A stretch of DNA of 57,777 nt, counting the filler, from Dirinaria sp. TL-2023a (taxonomy: Eukaryota), in assembly GCA_051941275.1 (NCBI GenBank). It is 3 parts of 3 records of this genome, joined end to end, with 100 filler letters (N's around TTAATTAATTAA, not from the genome) between each part and the next. Parts side by side here need not be neighbours in the genome. Positions count along the whole stretch, not along the records: positions 19,311 to 38,515 come from JAVEBF010000348.1; positions 38,616 to 57,777 come from JAVEBF010000349.1; 1 more part is not named here. The stretch is one strand, 5' to 3'. Under the pieces are notes generated by a model. It did no database searches and was not told the origin of the DNA. It worked only from the letters and a program-made list of their open reading frames with translations. Position 1 is the stretch's first letter; each line of letters opens with the position of its first letter. This document shows, piece by piece, positions 37,620 through 50,376 of this stretch. A program made the position numbers and the translations under genes.

Positions 37620-38012
37620 AGCGAGCTTCACGTGATGGTATATTGAAGCACATTATCATACCTTGAGGTAGGTATGCCGCGGTTTCAGAGCTTGGACCTT
37701 AAGATAATGAAGTCCGTCTTACGTCACTTTCAATACATTGGAAGCAATTTTGAACACATTATCTAAAGTAAAAGAGTATCGAAAGCGGCCAAAACTTGAC
37801 GCGTCGCTGCCAGCTTTGACATGTGAATTGGTCGTCGAATACTCCACTTACTGAGCTCCGTGCGATCTCAATTTGCCAATTGATAGCACACCTTTGGAAA
37901 TTTCCCCTAGATTCAATCCCGCTGTCATCAAGTTCGAAACAATTATGTTCTAAAAGGCGTTCTAGGGACCTTCATGCCATCCAGTCAATAATGTCTCCTT
38001 CTCTAGTGCATA

Positions 38013-38515
38013 GTCTCTCCTCGTTGGCTGCGGGCTTTTCAAAGCCATCCGATCTGACCTCTACCCAGAACGAACTAAACCGTCTCATCCTACGTCAATT
38101 TCCAAAGTGCGTACCTCGTTTATTGCTAGTTTTCCAAAAGAAAGAATGTGTTGCGAAGAATTAGTTCCACAGCTTATATGAAGCCAGCATCACATACGAC
38201 GAGCGCCTCACCCGCTCCGAGAGACTGGAGTTCATAATCCGCAACCTGGAGCAAGCCCAAATCTCAGTGAAGTATGATCACCATCATCGCGTCATCCACC
38301 ACTCAAACCATCGAACCTACAACATTGTTGCTCACCAAATTGCAGAACAGAAATCCTCCAGCGCGCCCTCATCGAGCAATCCGAACTCGAGGACTCTTTC
38401 CCCACCGAAGATGCCCCTCCCCTCCCCCAACCAAGTTTGAGGCTAATGCGGAGTAAAAGTCGCCCTGGCACGCCCAAACCCGCTGATGCACGAACGGTAC
38501 AGAAGAGGGAGGCTA
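38013..38515 (+). CDS. Hypothetical spliced gene fragment truncated by the contig end
   Basis: Candidate introns ~38107-38164 and ~38272-38345 join an open frame SLLVGCGLFKAIRSDL...SISK|FHSLYEASITYDERL...ISVK|TEILQRALIEQ... that runs to the gap. Start codon unresolved. Confidence 0.35.
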
Positions 38516-38615
38516 NNNNNNNNNNNNNNNNNNNNNNNNNNNNNNNNNNNNNNNNNNNNTTAATTAATTAANNNNNNNNNNNNNNNNNNNNNNNNNNNNN
38601 NNNNNNNNNNNNNNN
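38516..38615. other. Artificial contig linker (N44-TTAATTAATTAA-N44)
   Basis: Same structure as 19211-19310. Confidence 0.97.
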
Positions 38616-39094
38616 GGCCAGGAGAAGGGGGGGCGAAATGGAAATTGCATGACACATAGGTATGGCCCAAGTTGAGAATGAGCGGTGGTTTTTAAGTTGG
38701 GGAGAAGGGCGTGGTGCTGGCGCGTTACTAAGGTAGTATGCTTTCGCTAGAGATTTAATTCTTGGCCATTAAATCACGTTCTGAAAAGTTGAATGATTTT
38801 GAATAAAAGTAGCTATCGCTCAAGAGACTACCTATGATTCTGATGCCTGAATCCTCTCCCATTTCGAGAAGACCTAAGACGCATCGTATCCACCAAAGCT
38901 GCATATCGAGCGGCAAGTGAGCGGAAAGAGGCCAACACCGCAGCGTCTCCTGTTCTACCAACGCCAGAGAAACTTTCTTCAGGTATTTTCATCGTCCTTT
39001 AAAATTATCCTCAACTCCAGTGCCAGACGCGTACCGTGTTTTTTAAGAACGCTCTTCGAGTCCTGCGCCGATGAGCGCAAGCTCATCCTGATCC

Positions 39095-42000
39095 TTACTC
39101 TAAATTCTCAACTCGTCTTCCTTGAGGAAGTATGATCTCTTCCTCCTCGAAATCTCCATCGTCACCCTCCACGTCCTCAAACCCACTATGATCATCGGTT
39201 CCGTAATCCTGAAACCCGGCATACTCCTCTCCTGGATCTTCTTGAAGCTCGGATCCTTGCTTATCTGTTCCAGCCGATCTGTCGCCTACACCACCGCCAC
39301 CATCACCGCTACTCTCCGAGAGGTTGGCTGTAACGTCCGCCTTCTTGAAAAATTGATGCTCGGCAGTCAGACGCTTGTTTTCGCATACAAACCCCATCGG
39401 CGTGTGTGAGAAATCTTGGCCACGGCGTCTTATGGCGAGCCAGTCCTGCAGGAAGGGTAAAACGTTAACTGTCGACTTGAAGATTGGTCTGCTGGAGGCT
39501 TCTGTGCGCGAAGCATTTTGCTCGCTAGCATTTACTGCATCGTTCTCATCCAGGCCAAGGGACACGCGGAGGTCTCTGTATTCTTCAAAGTCAAAATACA
39601 GCCTTCCTGCAAATATGCCAAGCTCAATAGTAAGCCATGAAGGGCTCTTCCATCCTTGTGGCATTGCCGGTACTGTGTAGTAATCCAGGCTATTGAAGTG
39701 TAGCATCCGCTTTGCGATCGGGGCCGCGTAGGTCAGAAGATGTACAAAGTGATCTTTGATCTTGCGGAGCAGCGGGAGAACAAGATCAGCCTCCTCAGGG
39801 ATGATAATCAAGGCGGTCTCTGAAAGTTCGCTCCATAGAATCCAGTTCACTGGCCTCTAATCGTACCTTTCAGCTCGTGCTCTGTAATAATGGTTTCAAG
39901 ATATTACTTACTATGAAGTTGTCGTTCGGTCGTTTTACGGTCCGCGAGAACTCAACAGACACGAACAACCTCGATGCTGTGCTTGATTTCTGGATGGCAT
40001 ATTTTGTACCCACCGCAGTGCGTTCTAACATAGCCATCCAGTGTTCGTATCCAGCTCCTGCTGCTGGAAGTTGGCCGCGAGCCTTGATGAAGTTAAAAAT
40101 ATCTTTATGGAGCCCTGGAAATGCCAAAGCGTCATACTGTATCGGCTTTTGCATTTCTCTAACCGCCTCAACCTCAACAGCCACTTCCCTCTCTTGTTCG
40201 ACTTCTTGCAACGCTGAGTTCTGTACAGCTTTGCCAAAGGTATTATATGCTTTTCGACGATCCTCAAGAACCTTCATGAAGGCCGCTAATTGTGGAACCA
40301 GATTTTTGTGAACCTCAGGGGATTTCGAAATGAGCCTTGGTTTGTAGAGTTGTTCGAGGGTCTGCTTCTCCTTCTGCCGCAACACCCTTACGTACTTTTC
40401 GCGATCCTTGGCGTTCTCGAGGAAATCTGGATGGTCGAATGCGGCTTGAGCTCGACGACAGTAGTCAACACCCTGAGCAAAATAGAGCGGCTGCATCTGC
40501 TCAAGCCCATCACAGGTCTGCTCCAACAGCCAGCAAATGACGTCAAATGAGTCAATATTGTCACCGGCGCCCTTTTCACGGAGATCTAGAATACTCTGAT
40601 GAACTTCGGGAGGAGCAACAAAGAGAATCGATTGTGACGTAGCAAGCTGTCGTAGTCTCATTGCCGCTTTTAAAGTTAGTCTACATTCGAAAGCAATTTT
40701 GAAGGGGTTATTTACCTTGCACCGTATGGTCTTTGGTTTGTCCAAGTCCTAAAGTCAAAGCTCCAGTAGCTCGAAGCGGCATCTTGAGGTCTGTTCCGCG
40801 AGTATGGGCTTCATCTAAATATACTAGGCAATTTTCAAGGTTGTCCGCAAATGGTGTTGCTACGAGTGGCGCCACAATACCATTTCGGTAGATCACGGTC
40901 AATCTATTATCGGTATTTACAAAGACAGCCGCCGACGCTTTGTGATCAACCTTCAGCCAAGCTTTAGCGAGACTGATGTTGTCCATCTCGAGAATCTGAG
41001 CTCCAGCGTCAATGAGAATTCGGATTTCTCTGCGGCATAGCATCATCAGAAGTTGGTGCTCAGAGAAGTGTCTGCCACGACCATCGGCTGCTACCATATA
41101 ACCGCGACTCCTAGGCTGTAGTAAGTAAGTGAGGACCTCCGCGCTCGTATGGGAGAGCGCTGGAAGATCAGCTTGCTTTATTGTCAAAGGCAATAGTGTT
41201 CTGTTGTCATTAGTGCCACTGAAGCCGGTTGTCAATGAACCTGATCTGAGTGACTGCCCGACTGTAGTCATATCGCTCGGGGAGTAAAGGGGGATATCCC
41301 ACCCAGAAGCCTGCAATTTCATCTCGAATTGTTTTGCATGCCGAGGGAAAACAAAATTATTCAGAAAGTAGTCAATGACCGTCGTACTATAGCGTAGGTG
41401 AGTCCATAGCTCAGAAAGTTGGACTTCGTCATCGGCATTGATAGTGTTCCACAGTCGTAAATGCGGCGGTAGGCTGTTGGCATTATAGGTCCAGCGATCA
41501 AATTCGCTAGATGGATCATCAGATTTGATCATCTGTTCAATAGTCTCGCGCAACTGGGACAGGCCAAGACCTTCAAAGTAGAATGAGAGGCATGTAAACA
41601 AAATCGCAACGTCAGGGTGGCCCCATTCCGCTTGCTCGGACGGTACGCCTTTGGCATGGTAAGGAACGGCGATTGGGTCTCTTCTTGGGTGCAGTCCGTA
41701 TTGTACATTCCAACGCTTCTTGAGCGTCAAAAGTAAAATTCCGTGCACTAATAGACCACGAATCAGATGAATCACATGCTTCTGTGCAGGCTTTTCGGCA
41801 AAAATTTGCGCGATTCGGACGCCAACTGCTGAGCTAAGAGATTCTTCCGAGATAAACTGTGCAATTGTGCGACGGTCGGCCGCGTTGTAATCGCGAGTTG
41901 TCAGGATGGAGCTTTGACCGGAGGCTATTTGATTAACCAAACGTGCAATCAATTCTCGTTCGACGTCGCCACGCAAAAAAAAGATCAGAGGGAAACCACC

Positions 42001-45000
42001 GAGAGGCCTCTGAATAATTTCAATGCTCTGGGGAAATTCGCGCTGCAAGTCCCATATATAAGCGTGAACCAGATCAAGCAACGCTTCGGCCGCTTCCCAA
42101 CGATGAGGATGGCCATCAACCGTTGATTGAGAGCCAGATGGATACACAAGCTGTGTCCGTACGGCAAGTGTGAAATCAGATTCATCCAAAACATCGCGGG
42201 ACCACTGCTGCAGGCGAGCTTCAACGTCGATCATTTGCGCTGCTTCCTGCACACGTCCATCGGAAATCCGTTGTAGGCCACTCAATTTGAAGGACAAAAT
42301 ATGTTCCGGAAGCGCTACCATAACCCCAGAACAGTCCCTAATTGTTTCATGGAGCTCCCAATACCGCGAAATTGTCTGGTCGTCTGTCAACGTCCTTCGC
42401 GAGAATGGGACGTGTCGGACCTCGCGGCCAACGAGGCCTCCAATACGAGATTGGAGCATTTGGGCAGTTTGCAATAGCAGCGATGGAGGTACCACAAGTC
42501 TAAGCAGCTGTTTGTTATCGGCAAGGACCGCAGCCGCCATAGGCATGATACATGACGTTTTACCTTTCACCAGACAAATTAGCGAAACATGATAAGGTTC
42601 GACGGAATGGTCTAGATTCACCTTGTCCCATGTTCATTTGTAGCACGGAGTTGGAGTCCTGTGGCGGACGAATAGTGGCAAGTGCAACTTCGATCTGTTC
42701 AGGCCTAATGAGTATATTGGCATCGATCTCCATAAGCAGCCAGTCAGGTTAGTCAATAGGTTCCCACGTATCATGGCCAAAATTCCTCTGCTCTTCAAGG
42801 AGCCTGTTTTTTTGACGCTTTGCTTGCGCATCTTGTATTCTCAAAAGGCGCTGCAACTGCGTTATCGACACTCCATATGCAAGCAAGCTTTCTCTCATTC
42901 CACTTCGAAAAACGGTAGCAGATTTTGAGCGTAGCTGCTCAAGGATTGCAACAGGCGTCATACAGGGCCACAATGACCCGTGCTGTAGCCATAGCGCGGC
43001 CTCGTCGCCTTCCCCAAACGCTAAAGTCAGCTGATCGTGCTTCAATTGGACTAATTCTTTCGCACGGGCAATTTTGTCGTCGATATCTGCCTGCTGCAGT
43101 GGTTCTTCGTCTTCAGTCAATGCTTTTTGAACCACCTTGAGTGCATTGAGGCTGTCCATCATGTATTTCCCATATTCAGCTCTAACACTTGACGGCGAAT
43201 TGATTAAAATCGTGAATATATGCTCAAGCTCCGTAATACTTGGCGAACCACGCAACGCTGGATTACCTGAGTCAATTTGAGACTGGCTGCCATACTTAAC
43301 ATCCTTTCGAAGTCCAAATCTAGGCTGAATCTTGCCACGTACGGCACGGTAGCTAGCCTTCAAAATTGATAGACCGAGTGCCTGTTTCTTTTCATCCTTT
43401 GGGCCAGGCCTAGCGACAAGTTCTGATAGGGTTACATTTAGAACACTCGCCGAGCATCTTGTTGGTGGATCATTCACAATGCCACCACTCAATAGTGGCG
43501 GGAGGACTATCGAGCGGGTTGGACAACGATCCAAAACCACTTGTACTTTCTCTACGTAGTCAGACAAGTCTTGGTTTCGTAGCAAGCGCTGCCATTCAGG
43601 CTGAATGACCTCCATAGCCTTGGAAATATCAAGCAAGAGTGGTTTTGAAAACTCTTGAACCTGTAAATCGGGATGCGGCCACTGCTCTAAAACCGATTGG
43701 ACGAACATTTTCATGTCGTTCTGTGCCTGCTGTTCATGCTCTTTTTGTCTTTGTTCAAGCTCTTTGCGCGCGGTGAAATACATTCTACCACGAAGAAGTT
43801 CTCGTTCATCGCCCGGATATGGCACACAGCTATCTTTGATCAACCGGCAAAGGTGGCCCATGTCCGGAGCTTGTTTGTATCGAAACAAGGTATAACTAGG
43901 CCAGGTTGGTGGGTCAATTGGCTTCAAGGCATCTACCACCACGAAACTAAGCAAAGCTCGTAAATGGCGTATATCAACGCTTAAGCTAAAGGAGAGTGTG
44001 GCAAACATAAACATCAGCTCGTACTTTTCCTTCGTCCCAGAAAAACGGCACCTGTTGACGATTGAACCCCAATTAAGCGCGAGATCGATTTCGAGAAGAC
44101 CGCTTATATGAACCCGATCAAATGTGCGATCTAGTCCGCCAATCGTTGACCAGCATTCGAGAAGGCCGGCCAAGTTGAAGATTTTGGGTACATTGGGAAG
44201 CCACTGATGGATGAGCGAAGTAGCCTCGAAAATCTTCATACGGCTTTGTTCGTTCTGGAGACGGCCACGCGAGAGATACGGAGTGGCATTTTCTCCGGTT
44301 TGGTTATCAAACTCACAGGTTGAGCGCTCGAAATGGCGACGTCGTATCAAGCTTCGGTGCGACAGGTGGCGGAAGTCATCCGGTTCGTCGATAGCTGGAA
44401 TCTGAGGCTTCGAAGCCGAAAATGTAGATAAGCACTCCAATTTTACGCAAATCCTTTCTACAGTGTATCTAAGTTCCTCATCCTGAATCGCGGTAGTCAA
44501 TCGTGAATCCCAATGAATGTGCTGCATCTTTTTCATTCCAACTGGATAGTATTCTCGCGTTGGGCTCAATTGAAGAATTGCTGACAGTGTGTCAACAGCC
44601 GCAGTCGAGGTCAGTATTGTCCAGGGTTGACAGTAGCCAGACTTCAGACAATGTAATGCTTCCTCGGTCCCCGTCCGACCGGTCAATGAGTCGTTTAAGA
44701 TAAACGATGTACAAGCATGCAGATAAGCTTTGTGATACACAAGCCTTGGTTCCGGCGGGCACTCCAGTCGACCCAGAGTATCGTTGATCCTAAACTTTCC
44801 GTACACGCCACTGTGTTCGACCTGAACAGTGACATGGAAGCGATCGCGTTTGAACGCCACTAAGCCCATCGGTACCAGAATGAAGCGTTGGCGTCGATTG
44901 ATGGCATCACGCAAGATTAATTTGCTGGCAAGCCCGTACCATGTGCCCGCATCCTGATTTGGATCAATTTCTGACCGTAATTGCCGGCAATGGAGAAGTC

Positions 45001-48000
45001 CGTTGTTGGGGTTAACGAAGAAGGATAATTCAAGACGGCGCAATTCCACGCAAAGGGTAGATTTTCCTGATTGATATAGAGTCAGCTGGTGTGACTGTTC
45101 GAAGTGCTCAAAAATGCGTGCAACTTGGTGGAAAGTCTGACTATGCGGATCAACAAGCAAACTGTCGCGTCGTTTTGCGCTGTGGGTTCTAAAGTCCAAA
45201 AGCCAGTTGCTAGACTTGGAGATCCAAATATCTGGCTCTTGTCTTATCTCTAAGATACCGGTTTCTAGATCGAGCCAATGAACGCAATTTGCAGCGAGTG
45301 AACTGGGCACGTCGAAGTTTGAAGGGTCGCCAAATACATGATGAGGAATTAATTCCAAGAGGGTACCGCGGGCACGGGCTTGTACAATGAGCGAGTTGTT
45401 GCGAAACCCAAAGTGAACCTCGTGTCCGCTCATTGGAAAGGCGAGGATATGATTCATACCGTAGAGACTGGATGGATAGGTCAAAAGATTTTGCTTTCCA
45501 AATAGTCGTTTGAGAAGTGGGGATTGTCTGTGCTCAGCGGGCAGCTTTGCCAGCGGCATCCCGTCAACCAGTAAGTGACCTTCCAGTAGATGATATGTAA
45601 TGTTCTGTTGCCGAGTTTGTCTCGTGGCAGTGGTCATGAGACAGATCCACCAATCGTTTGGCGTCTGGCAGAAAATTGGTTGGCTGAACTCCCTGGCAAC
45701 TACACCCTCAGGACACGGCCAAACATTGTTGATTGCTTTCTTTAAACAAGAAGGACTAGCTATAAAAGACTTTCGTAAGATCGAACTCATGCGATAAACC
45801 ATCTTGAGGTCCTGGATCAGCAAGAATTTAGCCGGTGAGAGCAAGTCTTCGGGATTGCAGCCTATGTTGTCCTGCAGGGCAATTGAGCACTCCAAGAAAC
45901 ATTCCAGCGCAGCAGGCTCAATAATATTGACCTGCGCAACACGGTCATCGTCGGTGGAGTATACGGTAAAAGTCTTTCTGCATAGAATTGCAGCCCAGAA
46001 TGCATATTTTGAGCATCTGAGAGCCGCTTCAACGCTTGTTGACCTATGGACTTCTGAGCGCAGCTGACGAACCCAACGCAACGCCGTACCACGTGCTTTT
46101 TTTAGTATGTTCATAGCCTCTGATACAGCTGCTGCAGGTGCAAGAGAGCATAGCCGAAGGATCAGTGTAAGTAACATGTCCATGCGTGCTATTTCGCGCC
46201 AGTTGGAAGATAAGACATCCAGGTGAGCATTAATCTGTGCCATCAACAATTTACAGAACTGCATATCTTTAAAGACAGTATGTGCTGTACGGAGAACGTC
46301 GGCATCGCGATCAGCCGGGCCAGCTTGAACTGCCAATTGCGAGATCAGACGGGTTGTCGCTTCCGAGCTGAAGTTCAGGTTTGAGGACGCAAGTTCGGTG
46401 AGAATAGACAACCATCTTTTGCCTTTCTTAGACAAGAGACTCTGGAATGTCATATACTCGTGCTCGTTCAGAGCTGAAGGACAATTTGTCTGGCCAGCGA
46501 GGATCTCATAAGAAGAAGGGCCATCGAATTGAACGAAGGATTTGAGTTGAGGATCCAGACATTCGAATGGAGAACCTCCAGGTATCTGTAATTGACAGTG
46601 GTGGGCAAATGTAAGCTTTCGCGACCCTTTTGTTGGGCTCGAGTCTGTCACAGTATCGTAGTATTCGAGCTTGAGGCCGTTCGGTACACAAACTTTTTCG
46701 AGCATAACTGGGAAGCGGACCTCGCGATAGTGCGTTGAAAGGAAAGATTTAGTACTTGATGCAAGACATACACCCCAGGATGTTGCTTGCTTCGTGAAAA
46801 ACCCAAGCCCAGAGTATTCGTGAAGCAGCTCGCAAGGCTTGAAGCCGTCGACCAATTTTGTGCATGCCAGACGCGCCATGATTTTCCACGTGGCATTTCG
46901 ATAGATGGACAGGACGTTGGGGCATCGAAGTTCAAACACGACTGCTTTCTTTTGTACCGTGTCTTCAGGTAGTGGATATTCATAAACTCGGATCTTTGTA
47001 CGTCTGGCAACTCGTCCCAAATAGCATCGTGTGCATCGATCAAAGTCATGCGTTAGGCCGTTCCCATTGCCTTCATTTACATAAACGCATTTACTCTCGG
47101 CCATTTTTCTTTGAAGCTTTTCGAATTCAGCGTTAGTTGATATCCATTCTGTTTCTTTTGCTTTACGCGAATTCTCGGCATGGGTCTCAATTCGTTTCAG
47201 AAGATCCTTCAAGTCGGAAGAATCGTTCGATTCATCGAAAAAGCGTTCAGCAAAACACCCTTTCACCAAATCACTAAAGATTGTGTTGCGCGAGGAACTC
47301 TTCTTTTGCCTCATATGGATATACTCTTGAATTGTCTGTAGACGGCGCATATCCTCAATCCAAGGGAGTTGAAGAACGTCCAACATTTCCGGTAAGAAAC
47401 CGGGGTCAAATTCCGTAATCAAGTTGTAGAGCTCGCAAGCACGCTCATCTAATAACACCCAGAGCTCCATGACCGTTAAAAGCATGTTGCTCTTCTGAAT
47501 CACATCGTCCTCGTATGCGTTTTGTACGGCATCGATATAATTTTCGATCTGACGAGCAAGCTCAATGCATTTTTGCTCGGGTTCTCTGGTTGGTGCCTGC
47601 AGAGCGTATTCCTTCATAGTGTCCTCAAGATGTGAGAGACGGAAATATACATCAGCAAATGCTGAGAACTTTGCATTCGCCGCGTAAATATTCTCCATAT
47701 TATTGATAATACCGTAAGAGGCCAGAGTTGATGCTTCCGATATCGTTCTCAGATGCCACGCGAGCACGTTCTGTAAATATCTACCACTGCTGGGTAGCGA
47801 TAGACAAAAGTCCCTGTTCGTGGCTCGTGGATGCAGACGTTGAACTTTCCTCTGGGTAGAACGTTTGAACTTGGTCCACGTTGCTTCTACGCCTGCAAGT
47901 GCTCTTGCCAAAGTTCCTCGGAATTCTTCGCCAAGGACGGCAAAGAACTTGTCGTAGAACGGACGAAGTTGAGGTGAGGCTTTACCTTCCTCGGTAGTCA

Positions 48001-49003
48001 ATTTCGCAAGACGGCGAGCTAGTTTCGCTCGCATCAGGATTATTAGGTCTGGATCGACGGTTTTGACAGCATCGTCAAGAGCACCCGCAAATATAATACA
48101 CAGTAAAAACTTGTACTGCGCCGTTCCAAGCTCTTCTCCATAGTGTTCACAGAGGTGTCTACGGACGCCAACGCGTATCACCAACCAGTATGGGCACCTT
48201 CGCCACGGTTTCTCGGCACCATCAGCCCAGGAGACCTCGTCACGTACGTGTTTTCTGATAATGGAACGAGGGATCTGGTGGCCCGTGGCCTCGAGGAGGG
48301 TCATGAGCATATGTGTGATTAGAGAGGGGTCAACAGTCTCGCGGCTTTCGTATGCAAACGAGCCGGCCTTAGTGGTATGTGCCGCAAAACGTTTAATGGA
48401 CTCGGTACTCGCTTGCTCCAGCAAATCCGCAAGGGCGTCTTGGAAAGCGGACTTTGCGAACTCGGAGTATGGAACGGCGACTGCAAAATCAGGGAAATCC
48501 CATTGGAGAGTATTCTTTGCCGCTAGAACTTTCTCCGAAAGTGGCGAAGCTTCAAAAGCTTCGAAGATCACGACATCGCTACCAGGCCTAGATACGAGAA
48601 GCAGTCAGCCATTTGGAACATCAAGGTCAGATCAAAGATACTAAACTCACTCTCGGCGTCTTCGGAGGAGGAGCCCCGCGTTCTGCTCCGCAACATGCAG
48701 AATTAGGAAGCTGTTCAACTCAAGTCTTCGAAATTCTGTCAAAAGGGATGCCTTGTTTAGTCTGCCTCCTGCGTTAAGATCCTTCACAGTTTGAAGAACG
48801 TGACGCGTAGTATCCCATTTCTGGTACTGGTCACCGCTCGCTACCTTACTGAGAATGCGGATTGCGTTGAGCATCCGATTACTCAACTCCCGCTCAATCG
48901 TATCAAGGCAGGCTTCCTGCTCCCCGGGCAGCCTAGGGGGAAGGGCCAGATGATGTATTAGCGATTCGACGAGCGCCGCTGGCGGCGCTAAGTTATCATC
49001 CAT
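39095..49003 (-). CDS. Giant DUF6606/DUF3638/DUF3645-type protein with SF2/SecA-like P-loop motifs, interrupted by one in-frame TAA (possible recent pseudogene)
   Basis: Exons 49003-48651, 48587-42622, 42563-40716, 40666-39912 and 39856-39095 total 9684 nt (3228 codons with terminal stop). Motifs HLALPPRLP, FEAFEASP, PWRRCP.WLV, PDWLLMEI, QMNMGQG|KTS, DVLDESD, KRWNVQYG, AVPYHAKGVPSEQAEWGHPDV and DEAHTRGTDLK. Internal TAA at 42749-42751. Confidence 0.88.
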
Positions 49004-50376
49004 GGTGCAACTTAATCTGGTAAAGGATAATGGAGGAGGGAAGTCGAGAAAATGTGAGGTTAGAAGGTAGGAAATTTGACGCGCCACACTAGAGACCCAC
49101 TGAGGTGACCCATTCCGTGTGAATGAGATGATACCTCAACATTTTTTTACGCGAGCAACACTCTTCTCTTACAAGTTCGGCGAACCTTTCCACCCCGGCC
49201 AAAGTGGCCGCCCATCCTGGCGGTCACTTGCAGCTTGAGGGAAAGCTGTTTGCTTGCTTGCATCATTTTGACTGCCATGGAATAAAGAGACCTGCGGTTC
49301 ACTGCATTGAGAATGCGGCAAATGAGAGTACCTGATGAGTCTTTATAGCTTAGTATCAGGTCAGTCTACGAACAGCTCATCCAAACATGTGTAGGTAGTC
49401 CATACTCGATACCCGTTACTCAGCTGATCAATCACGGATAAAATGAAGATAAAATGAAGAGGGATACCTTCTAGGTATCAGATTAGAGAAGACTGGCACA
49501 AAACGTCGTCGGAAGAAGCTCATCAATCGATTTAGACGAAATCACGTGCCAATGCGGTCCTCGGGATCGCACACATGAACAACCCTAGGAAAACCCTCAG
49601 TATAGTTCAGCTTTCAAGGCACCCAAAGCAAAGTACAGTAAACCTCTGTCATAAGTACCTAAGGAGTACTCAGGATTCCAAGGGCCAACACTTTGAATAC
49701 CAGTAAACGGACAGAAAAGTACATGTTCTAAAGTATCAATAGCTGACTTAGCGATGTATCGACTCATGGTCTTGATGATTTCTACAACGCTCTCACACTG
49801 CCTTAAACAGCTTTTACAATTTGTCGAAGTGACCAAGGCTCATCAGTGAGATATCATTTCATCATTATTTAGTCAGTAGAGTTTTGTCATAATGATCCAG
49901 GATCTGGATGGGCTTGAATGCTTACTGTACCTTTCGTAAGAGTATCGGTCTTTAGATCAAACTCAAATTGTTGCTCTAAGCGAATGATTTGCCAGTTCAG
50001 AACGTCTTGCACTTACTTGAGTCTTAGCTTGGCCATACAAAGTGATTCGAATAAATAAGCTACTTGAGCCTGAGAAGAAAATGCTGCTGATATCAAGGAC
50101 ATAATGCCGCTGTGATGCCGCTAATCGATCACCGTTTTTGAACAAAGCCACTACAAATGCCCTAACAATGTCCACTTGCCAATCCCCTGGCCGGGCCATT
50201 CAAACAAACCTGATAAGACACAGTATGATGAACGCGAATTTTCCCATGCGCACTGCTCAGTCTCGCAGGAACGCCATTCCTATGCACCGTTCCACCTCTA
50301 TTCCACACAACTAAACGCTATCATGCTCCGAACATCCACAAACCATCCATCAAATCTCCTTCCCATCTTTGCAACA

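Noticed and set aside
42700..42800. An intron removing the in-frame TAA
   Set aside because: Family-like residues run continuously on both sides (GHDTWEP and PDWLLMEI), and no donor/acceptor pair would remove only the stop.
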